A DNA stretch of 64,000 nucleotides, from positions 26,350,001 through 26,414,000 of the forward strand of contig OX597814.1 in NCBI GenBank assembly GCA_951406725.2, in the 5' to 3' direction. Positions 42,565 to 57,730 of the stretch are shown in pieces (positions within the stretch are counted from its first letter, which is position 1; every line of letters starts with the position of its first letter). This DNA is from Octopus vulgaris. Taxonomy: Eukaryota. A model generated the notes under the pieces. The model was not told the origin of the DNA, made no database searches, and saw only the letters and a program-made list of their open reading frames with translations. Both the position numbers and the translations under genes were made by a program.

Positions 42565-43561
42565 TATATATTTATAAAGATACCAAAGCAAGTATTCACC
42601 TGGTTAGTCTTGTTTAAAATCTGTTAAAAATTTTTCTATTATCAGTAAAATTTTCTTCCTTTCTTTTTTCCTTTCTGGAGATGCAAATGCACACATGCAT
42701 ATCCATTTAATATACTAGAATATTATCCACTCATGTCAAATTGATATTGTGTTTAAGATGGATTTCACATATAAATTTACAGGTATAAATGTAAGCAGGA
42801 AATGCAATACATTTCCTTTTAGAAATTCAAATGTGTACCTACATATAAATAAGACAGACAATCAGGTGCTCATACATACATACATACATACATACATACA
42901 TACATACATACATACATACATACATACATAAATACGTGTGTGTGTGTGTGTATGTGTCAACATTGTCATACACACTTGTATACACAAACCTGATCATATA
43001 TACTTATTTAGACATATGCACAAACACTAACTCTCACAATTGGAATACACTAATACACATGATGCATATGTGAAGATAAGAGACAGGTAAATGCCAACAG
43101 ATGACAGATGCACATATTCATGCTTATAGATAGATGTTTTTAATAAACGTAGTTAGTTACACACATACGCAGAAAATATGACACACACATAAACATACTG
43201 ATATACAAACATGCAAAGCAATCCTGGAAGTGTAAGTCTCTAGAAATGTATGATAAATATCCGATTTGAAATATAATTTGATATTATCAGAAATATTTTT
43301 CTAAATAGTTATATGTATATGCTCACAAATATGAAGGCAACATACACACAGACATATTCATATTCTACATAAGCCTGCATGAAGATACACGCATCTACAC
43401 ATTTACACATGCACACATTCACACGTACATACACTAGCTGAAATCAAATTTACTAACAAATATTGCCACGTTTGTTTTTAGATATTGATGATCATTAAAA
43501 TTATATTGATTTTTCATTCTACTACATTCTTTATTCATCTATCTATCTATCTATCAATCTA

Positions 43562-43623
<62 letters not shown>

Positions 43624-46011
43624 CAGGCATATATGGTGTGTGTATTCCCTGCTATTAACTTGTTAATAAAGGTATACATTTATGCAAGCACACAAACACA
43701 CACATATAAGTTCCATGTATCCATATATGATTTATATCTGTAACATGGCTTTGCGCAAATGAAATACACTTTGTAACTGCATAGTTTTGAGTTTCACCCT
43801 GCTGCATGATTTGAGAAGAAATTGGTTGCTATTTCTACCTGTGTGAACAAGCACTTAGAGTATCCCTCCGTAACTTGTAGAAGATTAGTGTTGGTGAACA
43901 AGCTTTTCTAAGAAGTCGTCTACATTACAAGCATGTTTGTCTGTGTTATTGGTTAATCCTCCCAGATATTTGTATAGTAATTCAGTGAAGGACATTCATG
44001 TTATTAAAATAGATAGATTGATAGAAGCCATTTTTTTCAAGGATTGCATGCATGCTTATATACAATATACATCTGTGTGTGTGCATATCTAGTGAGTCAA
44101 GTGACCACATAGGATCTCTTCCACTCACTGTCTTACGTGTATGAATGTTTGTGAGCATGAGATGCAAATATTTGTGTTGATAGAGTTCCAGTCTATTCTC
44201 AGGAATTTTAACAGATTAGATCTGATATTTGCTATGATAATACCAGTGGTTAAGTTCGCAGGATATTTAATTCTTGCTACTTTAATCCATATATCTGTAA
44301 ATAGGTACATTAACCAGTTTTGGTTTTTTTTTTTATATAAACTGAAATAGGAAAGCATTTTTCAACTTCAGTGTTGAATTCAAATCTTATGAATGTATAT
44401 CATTTTTGAGGAGTACACTCCTGGAATATACACACTTAATTCTTTATCAGTCTCATTTGCACAATCTCTCCTACTTGATCTATTTGTAACACTTGCATGC
44501 AATAAATATGTAGTAATTGGTTAACTGATAAACATAGATATTGGTTCTAGAAACATTGCTTATTCTTTTAGTGTAGTAAATGCAATATCACGTTGGCCAT
44601 AGATTTTTCCTGAAACTCCAGTTTAGAATAAACAATCTGTTGTGACAATAAATTTTGTTACATAAGCTCAGTATATTAACAAAGTTGACAACCCTTTATG
44701 TATTGGAAAGATATTTCTATAGCACAGCACAGAAGAATAAGGCAGAGGTCATCAAGAGAATCTGGTCTATAAACTTCAGAAAACATATTTCTTTATTGGA
44801 ATATAGAGATAACAGAAATCTGTGTTCAACAGCATAATAGAATACATCAATGAATAACAGAATATATTATAGAAATATGTCTCCAAATACATATTTGAGT
44901 GTGGAGGTGCATAGATGTATACATATATGAATATGAGTGTTTGAACGATTCTATGTATTACAACAATATTTTTAGAGTTGCTTGCCTGAAATTTCCATTC
45001 AGTTCTTTGAGCACAATTAAAGGTAGTATCGTTAAAAGAAGTTTAGTGTTAGTAAATTTATGGTAAAGAGTAAGAACTATGGTTTAAGGAATCTAGTAAT
45101 GATTAACATTTGTGCAATATGTGAAATTTGTGTTATAAAGGAAAAACAGGGGGGGGGGGCTTCTTTTTCTGTTGGCACTCAAAGAAAGCATCTATGTTTC
45201 ATATGCATGCATGTGCTCAGGCACTTGTGTGTGTGCATGAATATACATATACTACTTATACGACAAAAGTCAGATAAATAGAACATTATGTGGTTAGTAC
45301 CACAGTTAACTTGAAGGCCAACAAACAGCAATGACTAACTCTGAGTATGCAACAATTGAATTTCTCAGCATGACGTATTTATATATTATTTACCTTTATA
45401 TTATGTACACTGTTATTACTGGTCAAGCCAGGGTAGTGGATTGGCAAAATCGTTGACATGTGAAGCAAAATATCTGAGTTAAGATTCCACGAATGTTGAC
45501 TTTGCTTTTCATTCTGTTAAGGCTGGTAAAATAAAGTACCAGTCAAGTACTGAGGATGCTTTAATCAACTAACCCTCCAGTTTGTTTGTTTTTTTATTGG
45601 GGCATTATCAGATGAAGACAGACACCTGTCGTTAAAATTTGTTTGTGGGAAGAAATACATGAGTTATCCTCTAAATAACTGAACTCAATGCTTATAACAA
45701 CATACACTGTTAAAAACACAAGATTTGTTGTTGGTGGTAGTAGTGATGGTGGCAGTTTTAAACTAACTGATAACTTTAGGTCTAACACCCAGTAACATGT
45801 ACAGCCCTTCTGAGGACTTCCTCACAGTTTCTATCTGCTAAATTTCACCCACAGAGCTTTAGCTAATTTAAGGCAATAACAGATAGTACTTGCCCAAGGT
45901 ACATGCAGTGAGATTAGATCCAAAATCATATTGTGATACAAACTTCTTAGCCACACAGCTAAGCATAACCATATAGAATAATTACACACAAAATCCTCTC
46001 TCCCTCTGAGG

Positions 46012-46099
<88 letters not shown>

Positions 46100-46255
46100 A
46101 AATAAATAAAGAATGTTATATTCAAAAGAGATTAAATACAGAAACTGAAAAGTGCAAGGTAATAATTGAAATAGCAGCTTTTAATTAACAATCTAATTAG
46201 TTAATATTTGTGCAAGTTGGCCTGCATTAGAATAAAATTATAACATTTTTGTTAG

Positions 46256-46293
<38 letters not shown>

Positions 46294-46763
46294 AATACAT
46301 ATATATAAACACACACACACATACATGTATCATCATCATCATGTAACATGTTTTTGATGTTTGCATGGGTTGGATGGTTTGACAGGGCACGGCACACTGT
46401 AAGACTAAACAAGATGCCCTTTCAAATGCCAACCACCTTACAGTGTATGTGCGTGTGTGTGTGTGTGTGTGTGCGCGTATACACAAGAGGCATGAGAGGT
46501 AAATATATTTATTTAACCACTTGTCATCCCTAGGATTGCTGCCATTTCCAGACATCATCCAAAGGATAATATATATATATACAGACATATGCATGTATCT
46601 GTGTATGTAATTATATATATATTTTCAAATATAATTTTCTTTAATGCTTCTCTCTGGTTATATATCTATGTGTGTACACACACACAAACACACGACCATG
46701 CATTTATATTGTCACTGAACTCTCTGGGAATGAAAGTCAAGTTTCCCTCATTTCAAATACCAA

Positions 46764-47330
46764 CATCATCATCATCATCGTTTAGCGTCCGCTTTCCTTG
46801 CTAGCATGGGTTGGACGGTTCAACTGGGGTCTGGGAAGCCAGAAGGCTACACCAGGCCCAGTCTGATCTGGCAATGTTTCTACGGCTGGATGCCCTTCCT
46901 AACGCCAACCACTCCATGAGTGTAGTGGGTGCTTTTTACGTGCCACTGGCACAGGTGCCAGACGAGTCTGGCAAACGGCCACAGTCGGATGGTGCTCTTT
47001 ATGTGCCACCGGCACAGGGGGCCAGGCGAGGCTGAAAATGGCCATGAACGGATGGTGCTTTTTACGTGCCACCGGCACGAGGCCAGTCGGGGCGGCGCTG
47101 GCAACGGCCACGTTTGGATGGTTCTCTTACGTGCCACCGGCACTGGTATCTCAGCTGCAATTTCCATTGATCGATTTTGATCCTGATTCTCACTTGCCTC
47201 AACAGGTCTTCACAAGTTGAGTTCTGTGTCCCAAGAAGGGAAGGTATGCATAAGTGGACTGGCTACATCCCGTGTAGAAGGCCACGGGTTATGGTCTCAC
47301 TTGTCCTGCCGGGTCTTCTCACGCACAGCA
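46764..47330 (-). mobile_element. RTE 3' end with complete UTR and last ORF codons (family B)
   Basis: Minus strand gctgtgcgtgagaagacccggcaggacaagtga = AVREKTRQDK*, then a UTR with four tandem units and a (GAT)n tail. Confidence 0.88.
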
Positions 47331-47774
47331 TCACAGATATCCTTAGTATTAGATAGTCATGGCCAGAATTGAGCCCAGTTAACCTGGGTTCAATTCCAGC
47401 CATCTTAATCCTCCTCTGCAAATGGAATAAATCGAGTTTTACATTTCTGCACCAGTTAGTGCAGCAATTGACTTGGATAAGAAATGTAAGCTTTTCCCAG
47501 GCATATTGCTCACATAATCTATGTTCAACTGAACATCTGACTTGCAAAAATACACCATTACTGACATATAAACACTGAGAGAACAATACTCACATAGACC
47601 CACACAGATACACACACTTGCATATATTTATTTGCTTATATAAATGAACTCCATTACATGGATTGAATGAACACTTTTTGCTCTCAGCTGTACATACAAA
47701 TGTATATAAATTCACCACACACACTGACATTTCTCACAACAATATTAAAGTTCACATTACTGTATGCTGGATTC

Positions 47775-48170
<396 letters not shown>

Positions 48171-49085
48171 GAGAGATACATATACTGGAACAAACATGAA
48201 ATATGCAGATAATAACAGTGTGTATTTGTGAGTGTATGCATTCATGTACATTTGTTTTCATTATAGAATTTCCACCACATTGCTGCAATATGCATGTATG
48301 TTTGCATATTTGAGTGTATTCATGCATGCATATGAAGTGATTTGCATCTAAGGTATAAACATTTGTATCTCATTTTGAGGAATAAAGGCTTTTGTTCCTC
48401 CATGTGGAAAGAGAAATATTACTATGGCGAGACACTAACATACAGATAATGAAGTAAGTCTTATGTATCTTCTGTATATGACAGCAGTTATATTGTATAG
48501 GTACACACTAATACATACAATCTTGAATGGCAACACACAGATATTATAGGTTTTGTATTTGTGTATACATGTGTGTGTGTGTAGAACTGATTGTGCACAC
48601 ACATATATATACTGATATACTGATGTTAGGTTCGATAATGATCCGATAGATATAAAACTTGGTGTATTTTCCTGTGTATTAGATCAGTAAACTGGCTTAA
48701 CATGAAGATATCTGAAGCAAAAGATTTAGCACATTTAAACACAAGGTATGTTTGTTTGTGTGTGTGTGTGTGTGTGTGAGGTAGTGAATTGGCAGTCATT
48801 ATAGAGCATTGGTTAGAATGCTACGTGGTAATTGTTCTAACTCTCTGTGGTCTGAGTTCACATCCAGTTGAGGCAAACATTTCCTTTGATTCTTTTAGTG
48901 TCAATAATTAAAGTACCAATCTCAAGCAGTAGATTGGTGAAATTGTTATAGGTTCAGGCAAGATGCCTTTCAGTATCTGTTCTAGTTCTCACAGCCAAGT
49001 CTGTAATGACTCTAATGTCAGGCTGTATTGGCTCAGTCAATGGTGTTCCTCTTGAATATATAAACATGAAATGTATGTGTGTGTG

Positions 49086-49130
<45 letters not shown>

Positions 49131-49287
49131 AGAGAGAGAGAGATTGGAACAAATATGAAGCATGCAGATAGTAGTAGTGTGTATCAGTGGCATGAAAAGA
49201 GTTTTCATACCACTTGCTTTGCTTATATGGACAACTGCCATTCTTCTCGAACATTCTTACTGATACCTGTGTATACATGTGCAAATG

Positions 49288-49630
49288 TAGGAAGCTTGCT
49301 TCTGAGTTCAGTCCTACTGTGTGGCACCTTGACTAAAGCCCTTTGAGTAGATACAGTAGATGAAAATTGAAAGTAGCTCATCATATATCTGTGTATATGA
49401 TTACAAATCTATGCATGCATGTCTTTGTGTATTTGTCCTTTACCATGGCTTTACTATTGGTGTTAGTCTGTCTACATCCCTGTAACTTAGTGATTGAGCA
49501 AAAAAGATCAATAGAATAAGTACCATGATTTAAAATATAATTACTGGGGTCAATTTGTCCACCTAAACCTTTCAAGGAGATGCCCCAGCATAACTGAAGT
49601 CTGATGACAGAAACAAATAAAAGAAAAAGG
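49288..49630 (+). mobile_element. Degenerate SINE family A
   Basis: agcttgcttctgagttcagtcctactgtgtggcaccttg..atagaataagtacc..ccagcataactgaagtc. Confidence 0.7.
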
Positions 49631-50204
49631 CATAAAAGATACAAGATGTGTATATATGTATGTGTAGTCAATTAAATCAAACCACCCACCTTTGCTTGCC
49701 CCAGCACTTGACTGGCACTTATTTTATCAACTTCGAAATATTGGAAAGTAAAGTCTACCTCAGTGAGATTTAAACTAAGAATATTATGAATGTAACTAAC
49801 TAGCACAGGGTATTTTTGCTTGGTTAAGTATCTATTTTCTCCATTCCAATATTTTATTATTTTGTTAGATAAATATTACTATAATTTTTAGTGGGTAAGG
49901 TATATATTCAATAATATCCCTAGTAAAAACCCTAGTATTTCATTGTTATTTCATTTAGGTCAGAAGGATGAAAGGCAAAGAAAGCTTTGGCTTGGTTCTA
50001 ATTATATACTGTAAATGATAGCATAAAAGACACACTGGTATATGAGATAATGCACACACACACACACAGAATATATATAATGTATATATCTATATATTAT
50101 ATATAGTATACATACATATACGACATATATAATATATATACACACACAACCATACATAGACACACACACACATCATTACCAGTGTTTTGTGTTATTTTCC
50201 TATG

Positions 50205-50246
<42 letters not shown>

Positions 50247-52079
50247 TACATATGTATAACACATACACATACATACACTCACAAAGCACAGTTACGCACA
50301 GCAGCACAAACCTTGTACATACTTATGCTTGTGCAAATTCTTTTAAAATGCAACACATATCAACATGTATATACTCAGACACAGAGGCACATATATTCAC
50401 ATTACATAGGTGCAGCAAACACTTCATTGAAAGTTAGGAACACTCAGCAATCCATTTAAAGAGGGATGAAGTGCTGGGAAACACTCTCAAAGCAAGGTTG
50501 ATGGTTACTTATCAAAAACTCTTGAGACATTGTGGCAGAGCTGAAACATTAGCATCAATGACAGCATCAACAATAGCAACAACACTACCACCACAAACAT
50601 TAATGAAAATAGCCGTAATAATAATAATAGCATCAGAAGAAAAAAAGGAAGACAATGATAATAACACCAACTGCGTCAACATAAAAGTTAGCAACAGCAT
50701 CAACAGAGAAGACAACACCACCACCACTGCTACCACCATGAGCAACCGCACAAAAATGTGTTATAACAACACCCAGAATAGCAACAACAATAAAGCCAAC
50801 ACCAGCAACATTTTCATCAAGAATATTGACAACAAATAAAATGATGTATCAAGGACAAAAAAAAAATGGCAACTATAACAATACCAACATCAAGCAGAAA
50901 GACAGTAACAATTAGAAAAATAACATCCACAAAAAAATATAACAAGCCCAGCGACATCAGTGGAAAGACATCTATAACAATGCCAACAATATCAACAAAC
51001 AGGCAACACCAGATCCATAGAATTGTGAACATTTCATTAATTCTCATTCAAACCATCAAACAGCTGAAATTTTGCCAAATGCATGTTTCAATATTATACA
51101 AAATGGCATATTTTAGTACACTATTTGATCATAAGTCTGTGTGTGTGTACATAATATATATATATATATATATATAACGTCTCTGTGTCTAATGTTTTGG
51201 TTTCGCATTGGTCAGTCTGAGGCTATGATGATTTACACACACTCACTGAAAGAGCCATGCAATAGTATCACCCCAGAAATCATATGTCTGTCTGTCTATT
51301 GTTTCTATAGTATACACACACATACACAAAGGCACACACAAACATACACACACACACACCTGATGATGGAGATGTGTGTGTATATACCTGTGTTTATATC
51401 ACACACACTCATGCAGACATGCATCATAAAGATATTCATGCCTGTGCTAGAGATTGTGTGACTTACATAATTGACAATTTTTTTTTTATGTCAGTTGGTT
51501 TTGAGGGTGATTTGGCAGCTATTTCTGTAAGGTTGAGCAACTGCTTAAGGGTGCCCTCATCGACTGTTATTACTGCTTATTTGTAGTACTGTCAATGCTA
51601 TTATTCACATTCACTGTTTTTTACCTCCATTTTCATCTCCTCATCACATTAGAGATTGCATCTATTATCAATATCATAAATCAATGTTAGGACCCACTTT
51701 TTGTAATCATTGCACTCCTCATCCACTCCCTTCTTCCTTTTGCCTCCTCATCATCCTTATCAACATCATTAATATTATGAACAATACATCCATTAAAATT
51801 TTCATACAAGGTACTAGTGACCAGGCTGTTGTTGTCATCATCATCATCATAATCATCATCTGTGCAAAGGACCATGCTGCTACCCACATCATCTGACTGA
51901 ATAATATCAACAGCATTCTCCAACTGAATGTCTTTCTGATCAATATATTGATGACTAACTCCTAGCACAATCAACACCACCACCACCTCTACCACCACCA
52001 GCAACACCATTTTTACTTGCCACTTCCTGAAATATGTGGCCTTTGAGTAAACAGCAGTTTGGCTTGCATTTTAAATATA

Positions 52080-52190
52080 GATAGACAGACAGTCAGACAG
52101 GTTGGTATATAGGTGGATAGGTAGATATGTAGATAGATAGAGAGTTAAACAATGATCAACCAATAGACAGCCAGACAGACAGATAGATAG

Positions 52191-52223
<33 letters not shown>

Positions 52224-52244
52224 GATAAATAGATAGATAGATAA

Positions 52245-52331
<87 letters not shown>

Positions 52332-52375
52332 TAATGATGTAGATATGTAGAGAGAGAGAGAGAGAGAGAGAGAGC
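52080..52375. repeat. (GATA)n and (GA)n microsatellites
   Basis: Direct inspection. Confidence 0.95.
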
Positions 52376-53469
52376 GATTTAGAGGTATGTAAAAAATATA
52401 TAAATAATAGCTAGTAGCTGATCGATAGAAGAGAGAAGGAAGTGAAAAAGGAAAAAAAAGTAGGGAATAGGCTGTGGAAGGGTTTGGCTTGTGTATGCAT
52501 TAAGAATTAGGTGAAGCAAGGATGGGATAGAGAAGTGGTAGGTGAAAAAGTGTGCTATTGGAGAGGGAAGTTGGGGTAGGGAGATCTGGTAAATTAGACC
52601 TAGAAGGCATGAATAGTTAGAAACACCATAGAGGAAAATATTTGCAACGACTAGCATTAAAATAAAATATAGTTAGCAAGTATAACTACCTTACTGAGAT
52701 TAAGTTACCTTATAGATGTTGAAGTTAATCCTTTTACAAACCTCAGGGTTGTCAATGGGTGGACACTAAAGCTTAATTCCAGAGAAACTATGATCATTAT
52801 GAGACAAATTTTCACATGAATAGGATGCCAGCCTTTCCTAGAAAGTAACTTTCCTAGAAATTCTGGTACTTTCAGCTAACATAGAGTTAGAGATGTAGAA
52901 TTAAATGTTCACTAAAATACATGACAACACTAACACACACCCCTACCAATCTCCTGCTAAATTTTGTTTTGTTGCTGTGTAGCTGCAGGCTGACTTTGAT
53001 TAAGCAGACCTATGTTCAATGACATTGTTATTAAAACCAATCTGTCCTTTTGAATATCTGAGGTGATAGCTAATGTGTACTTATTTTAAGATGTTAAGGT
53101 GGAACTGAAAGAATTTAGCTACTATTTCTAACTGGCTCATGTTTTCTCTACAACTATCGAGCCTGCAGCTGTACAAGCTGAACAGAGAATACACTGGTGT
53201 TATTGGGCTTGGAGGGCTTACAAAATCAATGGGTACAGCCTACTTCTTTTCTTTTGAATGACAAAAGGCAAAGATGCCCTTCATTTAACTTAGAATTTAA
53301 AGAGCTAGAACAAATGTACTAATGATCCTGCTAACTTACCACCTAGTTCTTCATCCATAGGAAGATTAATGAAATAAGTACATATAAAGATTTATATAAT
53401 GGAATTCTACTCCTCTCTAAAACTTTGTAACCTTGTGTCATTATTATTATTGTTATTATTATCATTATC

Positions 53470-54238
53470 GTTGCTTTTTACTTTTAATCTGCATGTCTGT
53501 TGCAATCACTTGCCGAGACACAACCAGCACCCTAGGGCAAAGTGAAGGATAAGAGGTGGTACTGTATAACTGAAAGATGGTGATAGGAGGAGTGGCAGGG
53601 TTAGTAGTGAAATATTTCCATGTAATACAACACAGACATTTAAACTGATAGGGTTTTTTTAAGGATGTGGGCTGTACTTGTCAGTACAATCTTTTGGATT
53701 TCTCTGAGACATGGTTCTCCTGGGATAATGTTTAGATGTTTCTGACATCCCTTTTTTATCATACATAGGGCACCTACAATAACAGGAACAGTTTTTGTTT
53801 TAAGATGCCACATCTTTTGTATTTCAGTTTCCAGGTCCTTGTATTTACTAAGTTTGTTAAATTCTTTTACAGATATATTTTTATCAGAAGGAACACTTAC
53901 ATCTATCAGTCTACAAGTATTCTCTTTCCAGTCTTTAATGATTATGTCTGGTTGATTAACCTGGATAATTCTGTCAGTGTTGATTGGAAAATCCCAGAAG
54001 ATAGTGACATTTTTACCTTTAACGACTGGCTCAGGATGATGTTCATACCAATAATCAGGAGTGCCGATTTTGTAGTGTTTACATATTTTTCAATGTAAAT
54101 ACTGTCCTACCCTATCATGGCAATTTTTACTTTCATTTGATGTCAGCACAGGAATCTGGAAATGAGATGGTTTATTGTTTTGTCAAATGGGTCGCAAAAT
54201 CTACATTTAGGATCAGTACCATTTTGAAGAACATTAGC
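53470..54238 (-). mobile_element. R4/Dong-like retrotransposon 3' end (restriction-like endonuclease domain)
   Basis: Minus strand ..KDWKENTCRLIDVSVPSDKNISVKEFNKLSKYKDLE..MWHLKTKTVPVIVGALCMIKKGCQKHLNIIPGEPCLREIQKIVLTSTAHIL; (TAA)n on both flanks. Confidence 0.85.
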
Positions 54239-54352
54239 CTTATTATTATCATTATTATTGTTGTTGTTCTTCTTCTTCTCCTTCTTCTTTGTCTTCTTCT
54301 TCTTATTATTATTATTATCATCATCATCATCATTATTATTATTATTATTACG

Positions 54353-54407
<55 letters not shown>

Positions 54408-54409
54408 GC

Positions 54410-54925
54410 TAATTCATGCTAATTTAGTTAGCAAATATTTTATCTTGATGCTAGGTAACAACAAGTCCCCTGATATCTCAAGAATCTTCCTTATATTGCA
54501 GAACATAGGACAGTACTTTTCTGCAGATTGACAATGTAAAGTTTCAATTCCAATCTCTTTAGTCTTTTAAGAAGCATTTTGAGTGTTATGCTAAATGCAC
54601 CAATTACTACAGAAATAACTAGTTAATATATATATCAATATAATAATCCTCTACCACCTTCCTTTCTTGGTAGGTAGAGTCAGCTGATATTGCTTTTAGA
54701 GGAGTGCATTGTGTATTGTGGCAGCTCTGTAGTTCTTCTATCCAAGGTCTGTAGCTTAACTTTGTCCATTTCAGAAAGGAGCTGAGTATCTCAGTCCTGA
54801 CATAGCCCAGGTATTTAAACAGTTAACAATGTTCTCTCCATTTAATTTTGTTTTGAGCACCTTCTTAATTTTCCTCTTGTGCTCTTTAGTGACTTTCTCT
54901 CTCGTTTCTCCTTTCATAATCCTGT
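54410..54925 (-). mobile_element. Second R4/Dong-like relic: post-RT region fused to the ORF terminus by deletion
   Basis: KKVLKTKLNGENIVNCLNTWAMSGLRYSAPF..SKSNIS*LYLPRKEGGRGL then ISVVIGAFSIT..LQKSTVLCSA..IRKILE. Confidence 0.75.
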
Positions 54926-55743
54926 GAAGATTGTGAAATGTAATAAAGCACAGATTGACTTTGTTTATTGAACTAAACAAGATTTCATCAGGTCAATAAA
55001 ATCAATCTGTATTTTATTACATCTTGTGCTCTTCTGATTGTATATCATTATTGTTATCATTATTATGACACTAACAGTTGAGCATTGATCTAAACCCTTA
55101 TGGTGTTTTATAATCTGTTCTGTATAAATAACCTCAGTTATTCATTTTTACTTATGCTAACTTATTTATTCCCGGACAATATTGTACATTTACATGAGTG
55201 ATAAACAATCAGATGGATTGCATCTGTATTTCAAAGAAACTGTCTTGTTACACACTGTGTCATGATGATTCAGTTTTAGGATTCTAATAAGGGTATAAAT
55301 GTCTGAGGAACACTCAACCAGATATTTGATAATTTAAGGAGCAGACAATTCAGTGGTCAAATAACTGAATGTTCATAACTAAAACTGACAGTTGGTCCCT
55401 CATTGTTTAAAAAGAAAGAACCAGTTAAATTTCAGTAACAATTAAATTAACTACATGTCATTATGAAATTCTGTGTTAATGATACCAATCATTATTACAT
55501 TTAGTTTCCTACTGTTCAAATATCAGTTCAAGTTCTATTAAAAATTGACACCGAACTGAAATCAGTTCTATCAACTAAATATATCTTCTTTACTTGTACA
55601 AATAATCTATTGGGTTTTTTTATCAGTCCCTGACAGGAAACCAATAGACTATGGATACAAATGTATTATGTATGTGTGTGTGTTTTGTATGAATGGTTTG
55701 TTAATCTTAAGACTAAGCAAAAAATTATGATATTTCACATATC

Positions 55744-55782
<39 letters not shown>

Positions 55783-55914
55783 TTGGCCTTCTTTACAGAA
55801 ACAATTAATATTACTAGGAATTTAAAATCCTGCTAAGAAAATATACTTATAAAAGACAAGCACTATATGACCACCAATCAATGTGGAATGCCAATATTGT
55901 ACTATATGAACCAG

Positions 55915-56402
55915 TGAGGGAGCCTTTATGTGGTTGTTCTACCTATCAGAAACAGTAATCAAATTTATCTCAGTTCACACCTCACTCTTAAAAAAGTGAT
56001 GCATATTAGAGAGTGCAATCCTAGATATACAAAAGGAAAAAATATAAAAGAAAACTATGATCAGAGTAATTCTAGTTGGAATTACTCTGATCATAGTTCT
56101 GCATAATCAGAGCTGACTTGGAACTAAACTATGACAACAAACATAGTTCAATGATGCACCCATACCAACACAAACCTACAGTATAAACTTTATGTGACTC
56201 TAGGAAACATTAACCAAATTTTCAACAAATCATATTACCATCTTGAAAAAAGAAGGACACATAGGATGAGCTAGTCTTAGATAACATCATGTCTGGGGAA
56301 AAGACAAAAAAGAAGACCAGATTATTATGATTTGAATGCCTTTGATCATAGGTCTGCTCTGTTAGGACTGCTCACCAGCCAACCAGCAACAACAATAACA
56401 AC
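55915..56402 (+). mobile_element. Two tandem copies of an unclassified interspersed repeat (family E); other copies near 12668-12855 (+), 52965-53140 (-) and 61412-61570 (-)
   Basis: Shared ..ccaaat..tcttaaaaaa..cctagata..tgatcatag..gctgac..aacaacaa layout. Confidence 0.55.
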
Positions 56403-57730
56403 ATATCTACCTCCAGAAAATATCTCTACATCACAAAAACAAGCATACTGAAGAGAGAGACAAGGTCAGAAATTTTCAGAAGATATGCTGCAGAAGTGGG
56501 TGCTAGGAAAAGCAGAAGAGATAGTTGCTATTATTTTAATTATTTTCAATCCCCTTTTTTAAATTTGTTTTGTTTTTTTCTTTTCCATTGCACCAGGCTC
56601 TTCTTTATCTTATTCTTAAATATTTACGTTTTCATTGAAATAGTTTTTAGTTATTTTAGTTCACCTGAATTTCTACTACTTTAGTCTGACACTGTTCTGT
56701 TAATTGTTCGTCAATGCTCTTTTATTACTCTTTTTTTCTGACATTGTTCTATAGTTAGTTAGTTAATCTTATTTATATTTTTATGTCCACTCCAACATCC
56801 TTTTCTTCTGGTACTTTAGCCTTCTAGGTGTATATAAAGCTTGTCCAAGTGTATAGATGGCAGTATAGTTTGCCTTGGTTGGTTTACAAAAATAGTTGTT
56901 ATATAATTTTGAGGATAGACAGTGGTAGAAAGATTGGAAGTGGATGCACTTCAAACACAACCCCTACTTGTCAATATTCTGGTTATTTCAACCAAAGGAT
57001 GTCTTTTAGAAACATTGCAAATGATATATCTATTTCCATCTATTTTCTAAACTCCTTTAAATTCTTGCTAGCCACTCCAAGGGCTCCCATTTTTGTTAGA
57101 ATAGTTTCTTTTCCTTAGCTTCGTCAATATATTTTTCATTTCTCTTTTAAGTTCATTGTATTTTGTTGATTTAGCTACACTGTCACATATGATGTCTATT
57201 CTTATAGTTATACCTCATCTCTTCTTCTTCTTCTTTTTCTTCTTCTTCTTCTTCTTCTTCCTCTCCCTCTTCTTCTTCCTCTTCCTCTCCTTCCTCTTCC
57301 CCTTCCTCCTCCTCCTCATTTTCCACCTCCACCATCTCTCTCTGTTTTCTTATTCCAGTGTTAAGATGTCTGCATTCTACAATGTAATCACATTGGATTT
57401 TAAACTTCTAAAAGAGCTTAGCATTCACATTCTCAGTAAAGCTTTCTCCAAGTTGCATTTCTTCCTACCACTTTTTTCCCCCTCTCACCATCTGGTTACC
57501 TCCACTCGATTCCCATTGAACAATTCAGACAAAATTGTTATGATGTTGTTTCTACACACTTTGATATAGCTTCTTACATTCATACTCAGTCAATTATATC
57601 AGCTGCAATCCCCTATCTTCGATTACATTGTTGGCTTTATGCCCAAGAAAAGAATCCTTATTGTTAATATTATTAATAGGACATTAGAATGTGGCCCTGA
57701 GCCTCAGTTGAAAATCATCATCATCATCAA

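Noticed and set aside
50471-51177. T/N/S-rich ORFs of 100-120 aa
   Set aside because: Degenerate (ACA/CAA)n sequence with no splice signals or domain features.
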